In this document: piece by piece, positions 29,923-40,620 of the stretch | Position numbering within the stretch: the stretch's first letter is position 1 | Layout: each line of letters begins with the position of its first letter | Assembly (NCBI GenBank): GCA_965221955.1 | Contig: CBDCTA010000028.1 | Location: 64,001 to 128,000, forward strand | DNA from: Gammaproteobacteria bacterium | GTDB lineage: Bacteria; Pseudomonadota; Gammaproteobacteria; UBA4575 | Direction of reading: 5' to 3' | Length of the DNA stretch: 64,000 nt | Notes under the pieces: generated by a model | What the model was told of the DNA's origin: nothing | Databases searched by the model: none | The model's input: only the letters and a program-made list of their open reading frames with translations | Program-made: the position numbers and the translations under genes

Positions 29923-30267
29923 TCAGTAAGGACAGTAATTGCGGTCACCACGATAGTACCCTCTGTTTTTATAGCGGTAATTATTTCCATAATACTTATT
30001 ACGATAATATTTCTTACCGTAGTAATGCTCACCATAACCTAAGCGGTGTTTATAGTTATATCGCGACTTATTGTAATATCGATGTTTAACAGACTGATCG
30101 TAGTGGTTGTAATATTTTTTGTGGCTCTTGTAGTAATGCTTACCATCACCATAGCCACCGATAATTATTTTAACGTCACCTGCCTGAACTTGAAATGAGA
30201 GCAACAAAAAGATAAAAACAAAAAGCGAAGCAAACAGAAACTTATACTTATAGACAGATTTATTCAT
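29923..30267 (-). CDS. Secreted Tyr/Lys/His-rich low-complexity protein
   Basis: Signal peptide ending VQA; SD GGAGGAG; mature part rich in HYY/KYY/RYY. Confidence 0.72.
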   Translation of the reverse strand: MNKSVYKYKFLFASLFVFIFLLLSFQVQAGDVKIIIGGYGDGKHYYKSHKKYYNHYDQSVKHRYYNKSRYNYKHRLGYGEHYYGKKYYRNKYYGNNYRYKNRGYYRGDRNYCPY

Positions 30268-30396
30268 AGTCTCCTCCAGAACCGAGTTTTCTGTGTACTA
30301 TGACCTTTTGTCAGTTGGAATGGTTGCATAAAAAATACAATAAGGTAGTTGGATAAGCGCACTTAATTACTGTCAATAACAGCGCCTTATAAATAT

Positions 30397-30675
30397 TTAT
30401 GCAAGCTCTAGCCACTCAACTAAATAATAAATATATTGCCCTTCGGAAGATTTTGATGGACCTAAGACTTTTGCAGGGTAACGATTAGCGATTTCATTTG
30501 CAGCAGTTTGCGCCTCTTCTTCGCTTTCCATTATTTCAACACAGTTTGCTGAAAAACGTTTATTGTTTCTCTTTGATGGTCTCTGTTTTTGTTTTCCGCG
30601 TTTAGGTTCATATACTACTGCAAACTGAACCTCAGAGACGCCTCCTTCAGGATCAGGAGGAACTAAACCATACAT
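30397..30675 (-). CDS. Hypothetical protein
   Basis: 92 aa, start overlaps the upstream stop (TAATG). Confidence 0.7.
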   Translation of the reverse strand: MYGLVPPDPEGGVSEVQFAVVYEPKRGKQKQRPSKRNNKRFSANCVEIMESEEEAQTAANEIANRYPAKVLGPSKSSEGQYIYYLVEWLELA

Positions 30676-31427
30676 TATTCTTTTAGCTTGATTTGCAATT
30701 TTCCATCTTGAACATTGATATATTCAACTCCTGCCGCAAAAGTTTTCCAAAATCCGCTTTGCAAACCAAACTCTGAGACCAGATCTACATTTTTTAAATT
30801 TCCTAACCAAGCATTTGGTATTGGCACACCCATGATACTCACACCTTTTAAAACCACTATAGGTCTATCTTTTGCAAAAGATAAGCCTAAACCTGCATTC
30901 ACGCGCAAAGTTTTACCACCGAGAATTGGAAAATCTGGATCCATAGGAATTAGCATTTTTGCGCTGGCAAGATTGCTAGATAAATCAATCGCAAGTCGTT
31001 TAGCCAAATCCGTATTATTGGCTAATAATGCATTCAGTTCTTTTTCTGTGAAGTTTATTTCTCGTTTGCTTGGATCTTCCTTATAAGGTTCAGGAGTTAA
31101 TGGTTGATCATTACCCTCCAGCTGTTCATCCACTTTTTCTTGATTACTATCTTTTTTCTTCCCAAAGCTCCATCCGCCCTTCTTTTTAGGCGCATTATTT
31201 ACTTCAGCAGTATCAGACTGAAATCCTAATACAGATAATTTTTCGTTTAATACAACTGCCTCAGACTGAGATAAGGAAACGGGTTTAAATTCTTTTGCAA
31301 ATACGAATTTTTGTAATACAAAATAGGTTCCTACTACTGCCACAAATAAAGTTAGCAGGATAATCAAAAGAACTTGTTTGCCACTAAAGCCTTTTTTTGA
31401 ATTCTCTTGAACAGTTGTCTCATTCAT
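30675..31427 (-). CDS. Membrane-anchored hypothetical protein
   Basis: Single N-terminal TM; ELNALLA, GVSIMGVPIPNAWLG; co-oriented with cysS. Confidence 0.75.
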   Translation of the reverse strand: MNETTVQENSKKGFSGKQVLLIILLTLFVAVVGTYFVLQKFVFAKEFKPVSLSQSEAVVLNEKLSVLGFQSDTAEVNNAPKKKGGWSFGKKKDSNQEKVDEQLEGNDQPLTPEPYKEDPSKREINFTEKELNALLANNTDLAKRLAIDLSSNLASAKMLIPMDPDFPILGGKTLRVNAGLGLSFAKDRPIVVLKGVSIMGVPIPNAWLGNLKNVDLVSEFGLQSGFWKTFAAGVEYINVQDGKLQIKLKE

Positions 31428-31447
31428 AATAATTTAAATTCAACTTA

Positions 31448-32827
31448 TTAAAGTTTGCGCCAGCTTGAGGTTCCATCTGGGTGATCTAATACTTGTATAC
31501 CCATTGCAGTTAGTTTATCGCGAATCTCATCTGCTAATTGGAAATTTTTATCTTTTTTAGCTTTGGCCCTTGAATTGATTAGTTTTTCAATCTCAGCTTC
31601 ATCAACATCTCCCATTCCTTTGAACCAATCAGCTGGGTTTTGTTGCAAAATACCTAACATATTGCCTGCTGCTAATAGTTGTTTTTTGACAAGTTTTTTT
31701 GCTTCGGGATCCGTTTCACTATTCGCTTGCTTTGCTAGCTTATGTAATTCAGCAAAAGCAGCCGGTGTATTTAAATCATCCTTAAGCGCATCAATGAATT
31801 CTTCTGGCACATTACTACTAGAAACTTCTACTTGTATATCTTGCAAGTCTTGCAAAGCACCATAAAGTTTATCGAGATTTCTCGATGATTGTTTAATCGC
31901 ATCATTCGTCCAATCCAAGGGGCTTCTATAATGTGTACTTAACAATGTTACGCGAATAGCCTCTCCTGGCGCTTGCTTGAGCAAGTCTTTTACCAGCAAC
32001 ACATTGCCAATCGATTTCGACATTTTTTCATGCTCGACATTTACAAACCCATTGTGCATCCAATAACGACAAAATAATTCGCCACCATGTACACAAGTTG
32101 TCTGTGCCCTTTCATTTTCATGATGTGGAAATACTAAATCCTGCCCACCTCCATGAATGTCAATGGTATTACCTAAATGTTTTTCAATCATCGTCGAACA
32201 TTCAATGTGCCAACCAGGGCGACCCCCACCCCATGGACTGTCCCATGAAGGTTGATCTTCAGTTGAAGGTTTCCATAAAACAAAATCTGCAGGATCTTTT
32301 TTAAACGGTGCAACCTCTACGCGTGCACCTGCAATCATTTCTTTTTGATTGCGACCCGATAATTTTCCATATTCTGAATAAGAAGGCACATGAAAAAGCA
32401 CATGCCCTTCTGCTTCATAAGCATGACCACTTTTTATTAGGCGCTGAATCATATCGATGATTTGTGGCATATGATCTGTTACACGCGGCTCTATAGTTGG
32501 CGGCAACACTGCCAATTCATTCATATCTTGATGATAGATTTCAGTAAAACGTTTACTGATAGTATCAATGGAAGTGTTTTCTTGAAGGGCCGCAGCATTT
32601 ATCTTGTCATCTACGTCTGTGATATTGCGGGTATAAACCACATTTGGAAATTCGTGCTGTAGCAATCTATAAAAAGTATCAAAAACCACTGCGGGACGTG
32701 CATTGCCAATATGCGCATGGCTATAAACTGTAGGACCACACACGTACATAGTGACACGATTAGGATCAGCCGGAATGAACTCCTCTTTTTTGCGCGATAG
32801 CGTGTTATAGACCTGAATCTTCATCAA
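31448..32827 (-). CDS. cysS: Cysteine--tRNA ligase
   Basis: YVCGPTVY, HIGN, GRPGWHIECS, FPHHENE, KMSKS. Confidence 0.98.
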   Translation of the reverse strand: MMKIQVYNTLSRKKEEFIPADPNRVTMYVCGPTVYSHAHIGNARPAVVFDTFYRLLQHEFPNVVYTRNITDVDDKINAAALQENTSIDTISKRFTEIYHQDMNELAVLPPTIEPRVTDHMPQIIDMIQRLIKSGHAYEAEGHVLFHVPSYSEYGKLSGRNQKEMIAGARVEVAPFKKDPADFVLWKPSTEDQPSWDSPWGGGRPGWHIECSTMIEKHLGNTIDIHGGGQDLVFPHHENERAQTTCVHGGELFCRYWMHNGFVNVEHEKMSKSIGNVLLVKDLLKQAPGEAIRVTLLSTHYRSPLDWTNDAIKQSSRNLDKLYGALQDLQDIQVEVSSSNVPEEFIDALKDDLNTPAAFAELHKLAKQANSETDPEAKKLVKKQLLAAGNMLGILQQNPADWFKGMGDVDEAEIEKLINSRAKAKKDKNFQLADEIRDKLTAMGIQVLDHPDGTSSWRKL

Positions 32828-33174
32828 TTTTTAATCTTTGTGACTTTAAAGCAAATATAGCATTAGAAAAGAAATGGTTATAGCGCCCGATGGGTTAGGA
32901 ATTGACCTGACTCACGTTTTACAAACTATCCTTGATTAATATTTCACTAGCAAGTACGTACCGCCAGCTATGCACCTGTTTAATAACCTACTGAAGAAAT
33001 ATGGCCTATTGCCATCATAGCATTTGCAAACGGATGTTTTTTTAAGGCTTCTAAATGATCCATAGCAATTTTTTTCATAGTCGTGACATAGAACAAAGAA
33101 CCTTATTAACGTATGCCATACACTAAACAAGCGAATTCACATGGAAGTGAATCCAATTCAAGGAGAGAGATGAG

Positions 33175-34887
33175 ATGCTTATTAAAAAGGCATTTAATAA
33201 GTTGTATTTTAACATCGGTTATCTATGCCGAAGCTGCTTTGCCGCGCTTATAGTCTTCATATTAAGCTGCAATACCTTACTCGCTAGCAACTTTCCCCAA
33301 TCAAAAAATATTGCCAACGTAGATCCAGATAATAAGCCTGCCTTAAACCTTAAATATGCTCTAGAGCATTCTTCATTACCTTTAATTAATGAAGTTACTA
33401 AACTGTATGAAAATAGAGGCTTCGATCTGTTATGGAGCAACGGCGAACAATATAATAATAAAGCACATGATCTATATCGTGTAATTCAAAATACCCGCAA
33501 ACTTGGACTCAATCCTCATGATTATGATTTAGAAATTATTGAGTATTTCCTAAACTCTACGATTGCGGATCCAAGCATCCTTAGCAAATCAGATATCACT
33601 TTTACACATGCTTATTTAAGACTCGCCAGCCATGTTGATCACAAACAATTTGACCAAAATAATGATTTATCCTCTAGTTATGGATTGCTAGACAATGAAG
33701 CATTTTTAGCAAATATTTTAGACGAATCTAAAACGAGCCCAGATCAAGCAAAACAAAGTCTAGAAAAAAATGAAAAAGAAAAAATTGCAAAGGAGCCACT
33801 TCAAAACAATGAGAGTCATTACATAAGGTTACTCAATGCCTTGGAAAAATATCGTTCTTTAAACGATAACTTTGAACCAATTCTATTGAGAAAAAAATCA
33901 TTGACGATTGGAGATGTCTCACCAGAAGTCATTAAAGCCAAAACACGACTTTATGAATTAGGAGATTATAAATATACAGACTTTAATAACGAGCTATTTG
34001 ATGAATTACTCGCTATCGCGATAGGCGATTTCCAAAGTCGGCATGGCTTAGAGGTGGATGGAATATTAGGCAAAAAAACTGCACGTGAAATTAACAAGTC
34101 TGCAGATAGTCGTGCGTTTCAAATTGAATTAAATCTTGAACGTGCTAGACAATTAGCCGAACTACAACATGATCGATACATTTTGGTAAATGTTCCTGAA
34201 TACAAACTTTATGTTATAGAGTACGGCAAAACGATTTACCAAACACGTGTGATCGTAGGTAAAAAGAAAAATAGAACCCCATCATTATCTTCAGAGATAT
34301 CTGAGTTTGTTCTAAACCCATACTGGAATGTACCAACTTCTATAACCAGAGACGAAATCATTCCCAAGCTCCTTGAGGATCCAGATTATCTAGTTAAAAA
34401 TGATATGAAGGTTATTTCTAAGCTCAGCAGCAATAATTATTTTATTGATCCTGGAGAAGTTGATTGGAGCAGTATCGACGCCAACAATGCACCATTACGC
34501 ATTCGCCAAGACCCTGGCAAGAAAAACGCTTTAGGCCGAGTGAAATTTTTATTCCCTAACCAATACAAAGTATATCTACACGATACCCCTTCACGCAGAT
34601 TGTTTGCTCGTCATTCGCGAGCTTTCAGTCATGGCTGTGTGCGAGTAGAAAACCCTATAGAATTTGCAGAAGTTTTATTATCCAATAGCCAGACCTGGAC
34701 CATCGAAGATCTTCACTTCTTCGCAAACCGTAAAAAAACTAAAGTCTTTAAATTAGATAAAGCCATTCCAATTCATATTACGTATATGACTGCCTGGGTC
34801 GATGATCAGGGCATCATTAATTTTAGACCAGACATCTACAAACGAGATAGCCATCTTGCCAGCACCTTGTATAATGCCTCCCACTAA
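33175..34887 (+). CDS. L,D-transpeptidase (YcbB/LdtD family)
   Basis: PG-binding FQSRHGLEVDG, NPYWNVP, YLHDTP, SHGCVRV. Confidence 0.93.
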   Translation: MLIKKAFNKLYFNIGYLCRSCFAALIVFILSCNTLLASNFPQSKNIANVDPDNKPALNLKYALEHSSLPLINEVTKLYENRGFDLLWSNGEQYNNKAHDLYRVIQNTRKLGLNPHDYDLEIIEYFLNSTIADPSILSKSDITFTHAYLRLASHVDHKQFDQNNDLSSSYGLLDNEAFLANILDESKTSPDQAKQSLEKNEKEKIAKEPLQNNESHYIRLLNALEKYRSLNDNFEPILLRKKSLTIGDVSPEVIKAKTRLYELGDYKYTDFNNELFDELLAIAIGDFQSRHGLEVDGILGKKTAREINKSADSRAFQIELNLERARQLAELQHDRYILVNVPEYKLYVIEYGKTIYQTRVIVGKKKNRTPSLSSEISEFVLNPYWNVPTSITRDEIIPKLLEDPDYLVKNDMKVISKLSSNNYFIDPGEVDWSSIDANNAPLRIRQDPGKKNALGRVKFLFPNQYKVYLHDTPSRRLFARHSRAFSHGCVRVENPIEFAEVLLSNSQTWTIEDLHFFANRKKTKVFKLDKAIPIHITYMTAWVDDQGIINFRPDIYKRDSHLASTLYNASH

Positions 34888-34914
34888 AAATCAGGATGCA
34901 AGCAAGGATTTTTC

Positions 34915-35484
34915 GTGGGTCATTCACGTAAGCGAGTTGTTGCGACTCAAAATACACGTCGAAATTTTTTAAAATGCACAACTGCTATCGCAGTTTCTAG
35001 TATTTTTCCTCAAGTAATTCATGCAAATAGCAGTTCTTTCTCAGAAAGAACTTTAGAGTTTATTAATCTACATACAGACGAATCCGTTCGTTGTTGCTAT
35101 TGGGAAAATGGTGAATATAATCACGAGAGTTTAGCTGAAATTAACCACACACTTCGCGATCATCGTGCCAATGAAGTTGCTGAGATGGACGTTAGCCTTT
35201 TAGATTTATTACACCTCATCCATAAAACAAGCGGTTCTCAAGCACCTTTCCATGTAATTTCGGGCTATCGCTCAGCACTTACCAATGAAAAATTACGCAA
35301 ACAAGGGAATGGTGTAGCCAAACGCAGTCTACATATGCAAGGCAAAGCTATTGACATACGTCTTCCAGATGTTGAATTACAGCAATTACGCGATGTTGCT
35401 CTCTCGCTAAAAGCTGGTGGCGTTGGCTATTATGCTAAAAGCAATTTTATTCACGTTGATATTGGTAGACCTCGCAGCTGGTAA
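34915..35484 (+). CDS. YcbK/DUF882 peptidase M15 with Tat signal
   Basis: RRNFLK, LRDHR, ISGYRS, SLHMQGKAID, FIHVD. Confidence 0.92.
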   Translation: MGHSRKRVVATQNTRRNFLKCTTAIAVSSIFPQVIHANSSSFSERTLEFINLHTDESVRCCYWENGEYNHESLAEINHTLRDHRANEVAEMDVSLLDLLHLIHKTSGSQAPFHVISGYRSALTNEKLRKQGNGVAKRSLHMQGKAIDIRLPDVELQQLRDVALSLKAGGVGYYAKSNFIHVDIGRPRSW

Positions 35485-35547
35485 CATTATCTTTCCTGTA
35501 GCATTCTTCACTTAGAATGCAAATTAAAATAGTTCACTCATAATCCG

Positions 35548-35931
35548 ATGAAAGTTTTTCATCTAATTTTCTTGTGCATGATGCTCGTTTTTGCTGTATT
35601 ACAGTGGAATGATGTTGACGCAAACACTTGGATTGTAATTTATCTAGCCACTGCAATTCTTGCGACCATTGCCTATAAAAATATTTGCCAGCCCTGCACA
35701 ATTACTTGGGCGTTTTTGGTATCTCTGTTTGCTATTTTCATGTTGATTGGTGTAGCACCTGGCTTAAGTGATTTAATAGCCAAGAATGCGTATACAGATA
35801 TCTTTTTCGCCATGGATGATAACAAGCCTTATATTGAACAAACTCGAGAAGCACTCGGGTTATTCATCATTTTGATATATTGTTTTAGTGTTTTAGTTTT
35901 TCAATTGAAAAATAATAGCAAAACCAAATGA
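35548..35931 (+). CDS. Transmembrane-220 family protein
   Basis: LQWND.D...W..IY, IEQTREALGL. Confidence 0.75.
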   Translation: MKVFHLIFLCMMLVFAVLQWNDVDANTWIVIYLATAILATIAYKNICQPCTITWAFLVSLFAIFMLIGVAPGLSDLIAKNAYTDIFFAMDDNKPYIEQTREALGLFIILIYCFSVLVFQLKNNSKTK

Positions 35932-36749
35932 GCATTTTAGATGTACCTTATGCTGCACCAAAAACCATCATTTTTGATTGGCACGCTACTTTGGTCGACA
36001 CCCATGATGCAATGTATCTAGCGGTGGATGAAGTTTTACCCAAACTTGCAGAATTAGGCTTAGATAAAGAAATTATTCCCATTGAACAAAGTAAAACGCT
36101 TGACGATGCTAAATTAGTTCAATATATAAAAGACAAGCGCAAGCTTCACCCAAAAATCAAAGAGGCAAAAAAAATCTCAAGAACAGACATTTTTGAAGTG
36201 CTCTTTGGAAACAACAAACAAGCTAAAAAAGCGGCACACAAAGCTTTCGACATTGCCTATCGAAATCATTTTGGGCACGTTACGGCACTTGAACCACGTT
36301 TTGAACATGTGCTGCATGATCTAAAAGCGCTGGGAGTAATTTTAGCTGTTCTCACCAATAGAAAACGTGAATTTATGGACCATGAAATCACTTGTGTCGA
36401 TGGACATGATTGGTCACATTTTTTTGACTCTGTTGTATGTGGTGATGATGTAGAACACCGCAAACCCTACCCCGATTTAATTCTTAAAGTTCTTGAAGAA
36501 TTAAAAATTGAGCCTGGCAGTCACGCCTGGTATGTAGGAGATAGTACTACCGATATCATTTCAGCTAGAGAAGCTAAAGTGACCGCTATTTTTTATAATG
36601 GAGCTCAATGGGATCAAGAATGGCTCGATAAAATTTTTCCAGGCACGACTAAACACCCTCATCAACCAGATTGTGTAGTCAACAATAGCCTTGAATTGCT
36701 TGGTATGGCAAAGAAATATGTCGAGAGCAGTAGTGTAATTGAAACTTAA
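35928..36749 (+). CDS. HAD-family hydrolase (phosphoglycolate phosphatase-like)
   Basis: FDWHATLVD, LTNR, KPYP, YVGDSTTD. Confidence 0.85.
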   Translation: MSILDVPYAAPKTIIFDWHATLVDTHDAMYLAVDEVLPKLAELGLDKEIIPIEQSKTLDDAKLVQYIKDKRKLHPKIKEAKKISRTDIFEVLFGNNKQAKKAAHKAFDIAYRNHFGHVTALEPRFEHVLHDLKALGVILAVLTNRKREFMDHEITCVDGHDWSHFFDSVVCGDDVEHRKPYPDLILKVLEELKIEPGSHAWYVGDSTTDIISAREAKVTAIFYNGAQWDQEWLDKIFPGTTKHPHQPDCVVNNSLELLGMAKKYVESSSVIET

Positions 36750-36760
36750 TAGTTATAACT

Positions 36761-37570
36761 ATGCCTCCAAAAGTTGTCGTATTTACTGACCTAGATGGTA
36801 CCTTACTTGACCATCATAATTATAGCTATGCTGCAGCTAAGCCTTGCATTAATTACATTTGCAAACATGGTATACCACTGATACTCACCAGCAGTAAAAC
36901 TAGCGTAGAGATCGAACAACTATGCATTGAATTAAACTATTTTCATCCATTTATTGCAGAAAATGGTGGAGTGCTCTGTACACCAAAAAACTATTTTACG
37001 AAAAATACTGAAACTGTTAACGAATATGAAAAAATTATAATTGGCGTTAGCAGAAATGATATCCAAATAGCTTTAGAACAACTAAAACCATCATTTCACT
37101 TTAAATCTTTTCTTGAAATGACTGCAGAAGAATTAATCTCCCATACAGGATTAACTAGACAACATGTTATTTATGCTAATCAACGTGATAGTACAGAGCC
37201 CTTATTATGGGCAGATGATGCAGAAAAGTTAAAAGATTTTGGATATCAACTTAAGCATTATAATTTAAGACTTGTAAGTGGTGGGCGCTTTCATCATGTA
37301 ATGGGAATACATGATAAAGCTTCTACAATGTTGAAATTAATAAATACATTTTCTAGCTACTTTGATCATGAAATCATCTCTATTGCGTTAGGTGACAGCC
37401 CAAACGACTTAGATATGCTTAAAACTGCAACATATGGCATCGTTATTCCTAATGACGATGCACCAAAAATGTGCATTGATAAACATGCTAACCTAAGGCG
37501 CGCAATTCATTCAGGGCCGCGTGGTTGGAATGATACATTATTGTCTTTATTAATGGAGTTAAACGAGTGA
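36761..37570 (+). CDS. Glucosyl/mannosyl-3-phosphoglycerate phosphatase (HAD-IIB)
   Basis: FTDLDGTLL, SSKT, ENGG, GGRFHH, LGDSPND..ML. Confidence 0.88.
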   Translation: MPPKVVVFTDLDGTLLDHHNYSYAAAKPCINYICKHGIPLILTSSKTSVEIEQLCIELNYFHPFIAENGGVLCTPKNYFTKNTETVNEYEKIIIGVSRNDIQIALEQLKPSFHFKSFLEMTAEELISHTGLTRQHVIYANQRDSTEPLLWADDAEKLKDFGYQLKHYNLRLVSGGRFHHVMGIHDKASTMLKLINTFSSYFDHEIISIALGDSPNDLDMLKTATYGIVIPNDDAPKMCIDKHANLRRAIHSGPRGWNDTLLSLLMELNE

Positions 37571-38778
37571 CTGATTTTTTCCAAAATGGCGTAATTGCAA
37601 CATTGCACAACTTAACTGATCGCAAAACGGAATCGATTGAAAAAGAACTACTGCAATGGAGCAAAAGCCGCCCAATGTCTTTAATCTTGCCTTGTTTATA
37701 TTCCGAATTACATGGCCCTGCACTTGAAAATATTATCGAAGAATTGACTGCAGCTTCATACATTTCAGAAATTATTATTGGTCTAGATGCTGCAAATAAA
37801 GACGAATTTGAACATGCCCGCGAATTCTTTAGCAAACTGCCACAACATCATGTCATTCTATGGAACGATGGACCAAACCTTAGAAAGATAGATCAAGATA
37901 TAAATGAGCATAGCTTAGCACCAGATCAAGCTGGAAAAGGTCGCAATGTTTGGTATTGCCTAGGCTATTTTCTTGCATCAGGAAAATCAAAAGCGGTTGC
38001 ATTACATGACTGCGACGTACTGACCTACGATCGAAGTATACCCGCAAAATTATTATATCCAGTAAATCACCCAACTTTTGATTATGTATTTTGTAAAGGC
38101 TATTACTATCGTGCACATGAAAATAATTTTTCTGGTCGTGTATCACGATTGTTAGTATTACCTCTTCTTACCGCACTAAAGCAATCCATTGCGCCACACG
38201 ATTATTTAGATTTTTTGGGAAGTTTTCGTTATGTGTTAGCAGGTGAGTTTTCAATGCGTGCAGGAGTTGTGAATTCTTTACGAATCCCTAGCGACTGGGG
38301 ATTAGAGATAGGCATACTTTCTGAAATGTATCGCAGATATTCAAATCAACGTATTTGTCAAGTCGATATTGCTGATTGTTATGATCATAAGCACCAAAGT
38401 CTTTCTGAAAATAACCCAGATGCTGGACTTTCAAAAATGAGCATAGATATCTCGAAAATTATTTTTCGTAAGCTTGCAACTCACGGTATTACTTTAACAC
38501 CTGAACAATTTCGCACGATTAAAGCCGCATATTACCGACGCGCATTAGATCTAATTGATAACTATTCAAATGACGCAGCAATGAATGAGCTTACTGTAGA
38601 TCGACATAAAGAAGAAAGCACTGTAGAGTTGTTTGCACAAAATATTATGAATGCAGGAGATAGATTTCTATCTAACCCAATGGAAACACCTTTTATGCCG
38701 ACATGGTCAAGAGTGGCAAGCGCAATTCCAAACATATTTGAAAATTTACACAAAGCGGTTACTGAAGATAACCTTTAA
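37567..38778 (+). CDS. Glucosyl-3-phosphoglycerate synthase-like glycosyltransferase
   Basis: DFFQNG.IATLH, GKGRNVW, LHDCD, GRVSRL, WGLEIG, YDHKHQ. Confidence 0.85.
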   Translation: MTDFFQNGVIATLHNLTDRKTESIEKELLQWSKSRPMSLILPCLYSELHGPALENIIEELTAASYISEIIIGLDAANKDEFEHAREFFSKLPQHHVILWNDGPNLRKIDQDINEHSLAPDQAGKGRNVWYCLGYFLASGKSKAVALHDCDVLTYDRSIPAKLLYPVNHPTFDYVFCKGYYYRAHENNFSGRVSRLLVLPLLTALKQSIAPHDYLDFLGSFRYVLAGEFSMRAGVVNSLRIPSDWGLEIGILSEMYRRYSNQRICQVDIADCYDHKHQSLSENNPDAGLSKMSIDISKIIFRKLATHGITLTPEQFRTIKAAYYRRALDLIDNYSNDAAMNELTVDRHKEESTVELFAQNIMNAGDRFLSNPMETPFMPTWSRVASAIPNIFENLHKAVTEDNL

Positions 38779-40529
38779 CCTTTATTTGTAATCCATAAGC
38801 ATTGGTATGGTTTCAAAATGATTGTTTCAGCAGAAAGGTCAATTACATCCCATTCAATTAAATCAATCCAGGTATCTGTACAAATAAGATTTATATTCGC
38901 CAACGAAAGAGGCTGATCTTTTTCAGTAACGTTATGAATCGCAAATATACTTTGTTCACGATCAACACTTTGACGCCAAAACCCGAATAAAGCATTACCT
39001 AGATGCAAAGTAAACTGAGTCGCATCTGGATGAAATGCCGCTTGCTTAGAGCGTATTGAAATCAGCCGCTTTAAATCATGAAAAATTTTACATAACTTAG
39101 AAGTATAGTCACTTAGCCTATGATCAATTTCTTCAAAATCCCACTGCCCTCTATTAATCGCACGATTATGATTTGTAACAGAGAGTTTTTCATAATCATT
39201 TTCACCAGCCAACAAGCTATGAATATAAAATGCTGGTATTCCCTCCAAACCTAACATTACCGTCTGTGAACATAAAAATCTTTCAATTTGATAATTATCT
39301 TTACCTACATGTGTGCCTTTCATAGCATCCATCCAAGTGATATTAAGCTCATAAGGACGTTCACCTGCATCTGTAATGGATCTCATAGTGACTTTTCCAC
39401 CAAACTGTTGCATACCCTCAGCCAATGAATCTATTGTTTCATTTGCCAAGATCCCTTCAGCTGGACGTAAACCAATCCCATCATGTGAAGCAGTGAAATT
39501 TAAATAGGTGCAATTTGCAGGCGCAGGCGGCAAACTCATCGACCAACGCACAAGATGTTCAGAAGTTCCTGCCCACATTGCATGCAGCAATAAAGGAGGT
39601 AAGCTGAAATTATAGATGATGTGTGCCTCATTAGAATTACCAAAATATTTCAAGTTTTCAATATTTGGTACATTCGTTTCAGTAATAAATAAAACTCTAG
39701 GAAAATAGCGTTCAATAAGCAGACGGAATACTTTTACAATTTCATGTGTTTCTGAGAGGTTGATACAGCTCGTGCCTATTTTTTTCCATATAAATGCGAT
39801 CGCATCTAAACGTATAACGCGTACTCCCTGTCCTATATAAAATTTAAGGATTTTAATAAACTCTAGCAATACCTCTGGATTTGAAAAGTCCAAATCAATT
39901 TGATCATGACTGAATGTACACCAAACATTCTTGTATCCATCTTTTGTTTTGATCTCTCTTAATAAACTACTAGATCGTGGACGTACAACTTTATTCAAGT
40001 CATCTTCTTCTTCTGCAGTTATAAAATAGTCACATCCTGGTTTTTTATTATCTAGAAACTGCTGAAACCATTCACTTTCAGAAGAAATATGGTTTATCAC
40101 TAAATCGGCCATTAAGTCGAACTGTTTAGATATTTTTTTAATATCCTGCCAATCTCCTAGCTCAGAATTAACACGTTTATAATCAATCACAGCAAAGCCA
40201 TCATCAGAGCTATAAGGGAAAAAAGGTAAAATATGAACAGTGCTTACCACATTCTTCAAATACTTCACTAAAAACTCATATAGCACTTTCAAAGGCTTAG
40301 CTGAATCCGAAAGAATTGAATTTCCGTATGTGATTAAATACACATCTTTTTCACTCCAAGCATCATGCACAAACGAGTCATCCACTTGCTCTATTGAGTT
40401 TTTTTCGTCGACAAATACGTTTGAAATCTTTTCAACTACTTGTTCAGCAATATCCTCGCCATAAACTTTTACGATATGTGAGTGCAATCGAGTATTGAAT
40501 TCTTGTTTTGTTAAGTATGAAACATCCAT
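38775..40529 (-). CDS. GH13_18 sugar phosphorylase (probable glucosylglycerate phosphorylase)
   Basis: HILPFFPYSSDDGF, RLDAIAF, TETNVP..EN..YFG, ASHDGIG, YELN. Confidence 0.87.
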   Translation of the reverse strand: MDVSYLTKQEFNTRLHSHIVKVYGEDIAEQVVEKISNVFVDEKNSIEQVDDSFVHDAWSEKDVYLITYGNSILSDSAKPLKVLYEFLVKYLKNVVSTVHILPFFPYSSDDGFAVIDYKRVNSELGDWQDIKKISKQFDLMADLVINHISSESEWFQQFLDNKKPGCDYFITAEEEDDLNKVVRPRSSSLLREIKTKDGYKNVWCTFSHDQIDLDFSNPEVLLEFIKILKFYIGQGVRVIRLDAIAFIWKKIGTSCINLSETHEIVKVFRLLIERYFPRVLFITETNVPNIENLKYFGNSNEAHIIYNFSLPPLLLHAMWAGTSEHLVRWSMSLPPAPANCTYLNFTASHDGIGLRPAEGILANETIDSLAEGMQQFGGKVTMRSITDAGERPYELNITWMDAMKGTHVGKDNYQIERFLCSQTVMLGLEGIPAFYIHSLLAGENDYEKLSVTNHNRAINRGQWDFEEIDHRLSDYTSKLCKIFHDLKRLISIRSKQAAFHPDATQFTLHLGNALFGFWRQSVDREQSIFAIHNVTEKDQPLSLANINLICTDTWIDLIEWDVIDLSAETIILKPYQCLWITNKG

Positions 40530-40620
40530 GTCTTCATTGTACTCTTATTAAAATATGTATCTTTTTGAACAATTAATTTAGCTAAGTTGTTTGTAACAAT
40601 CACATGATAAGCGTTAAAAT

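Noticed and set aside
32936-33130. 64-aa minus-strand ORF between cysS and the L,D-transpeptidase
   Set aside because: No SD or recognisable motif; more likely divergent promoter DNA.
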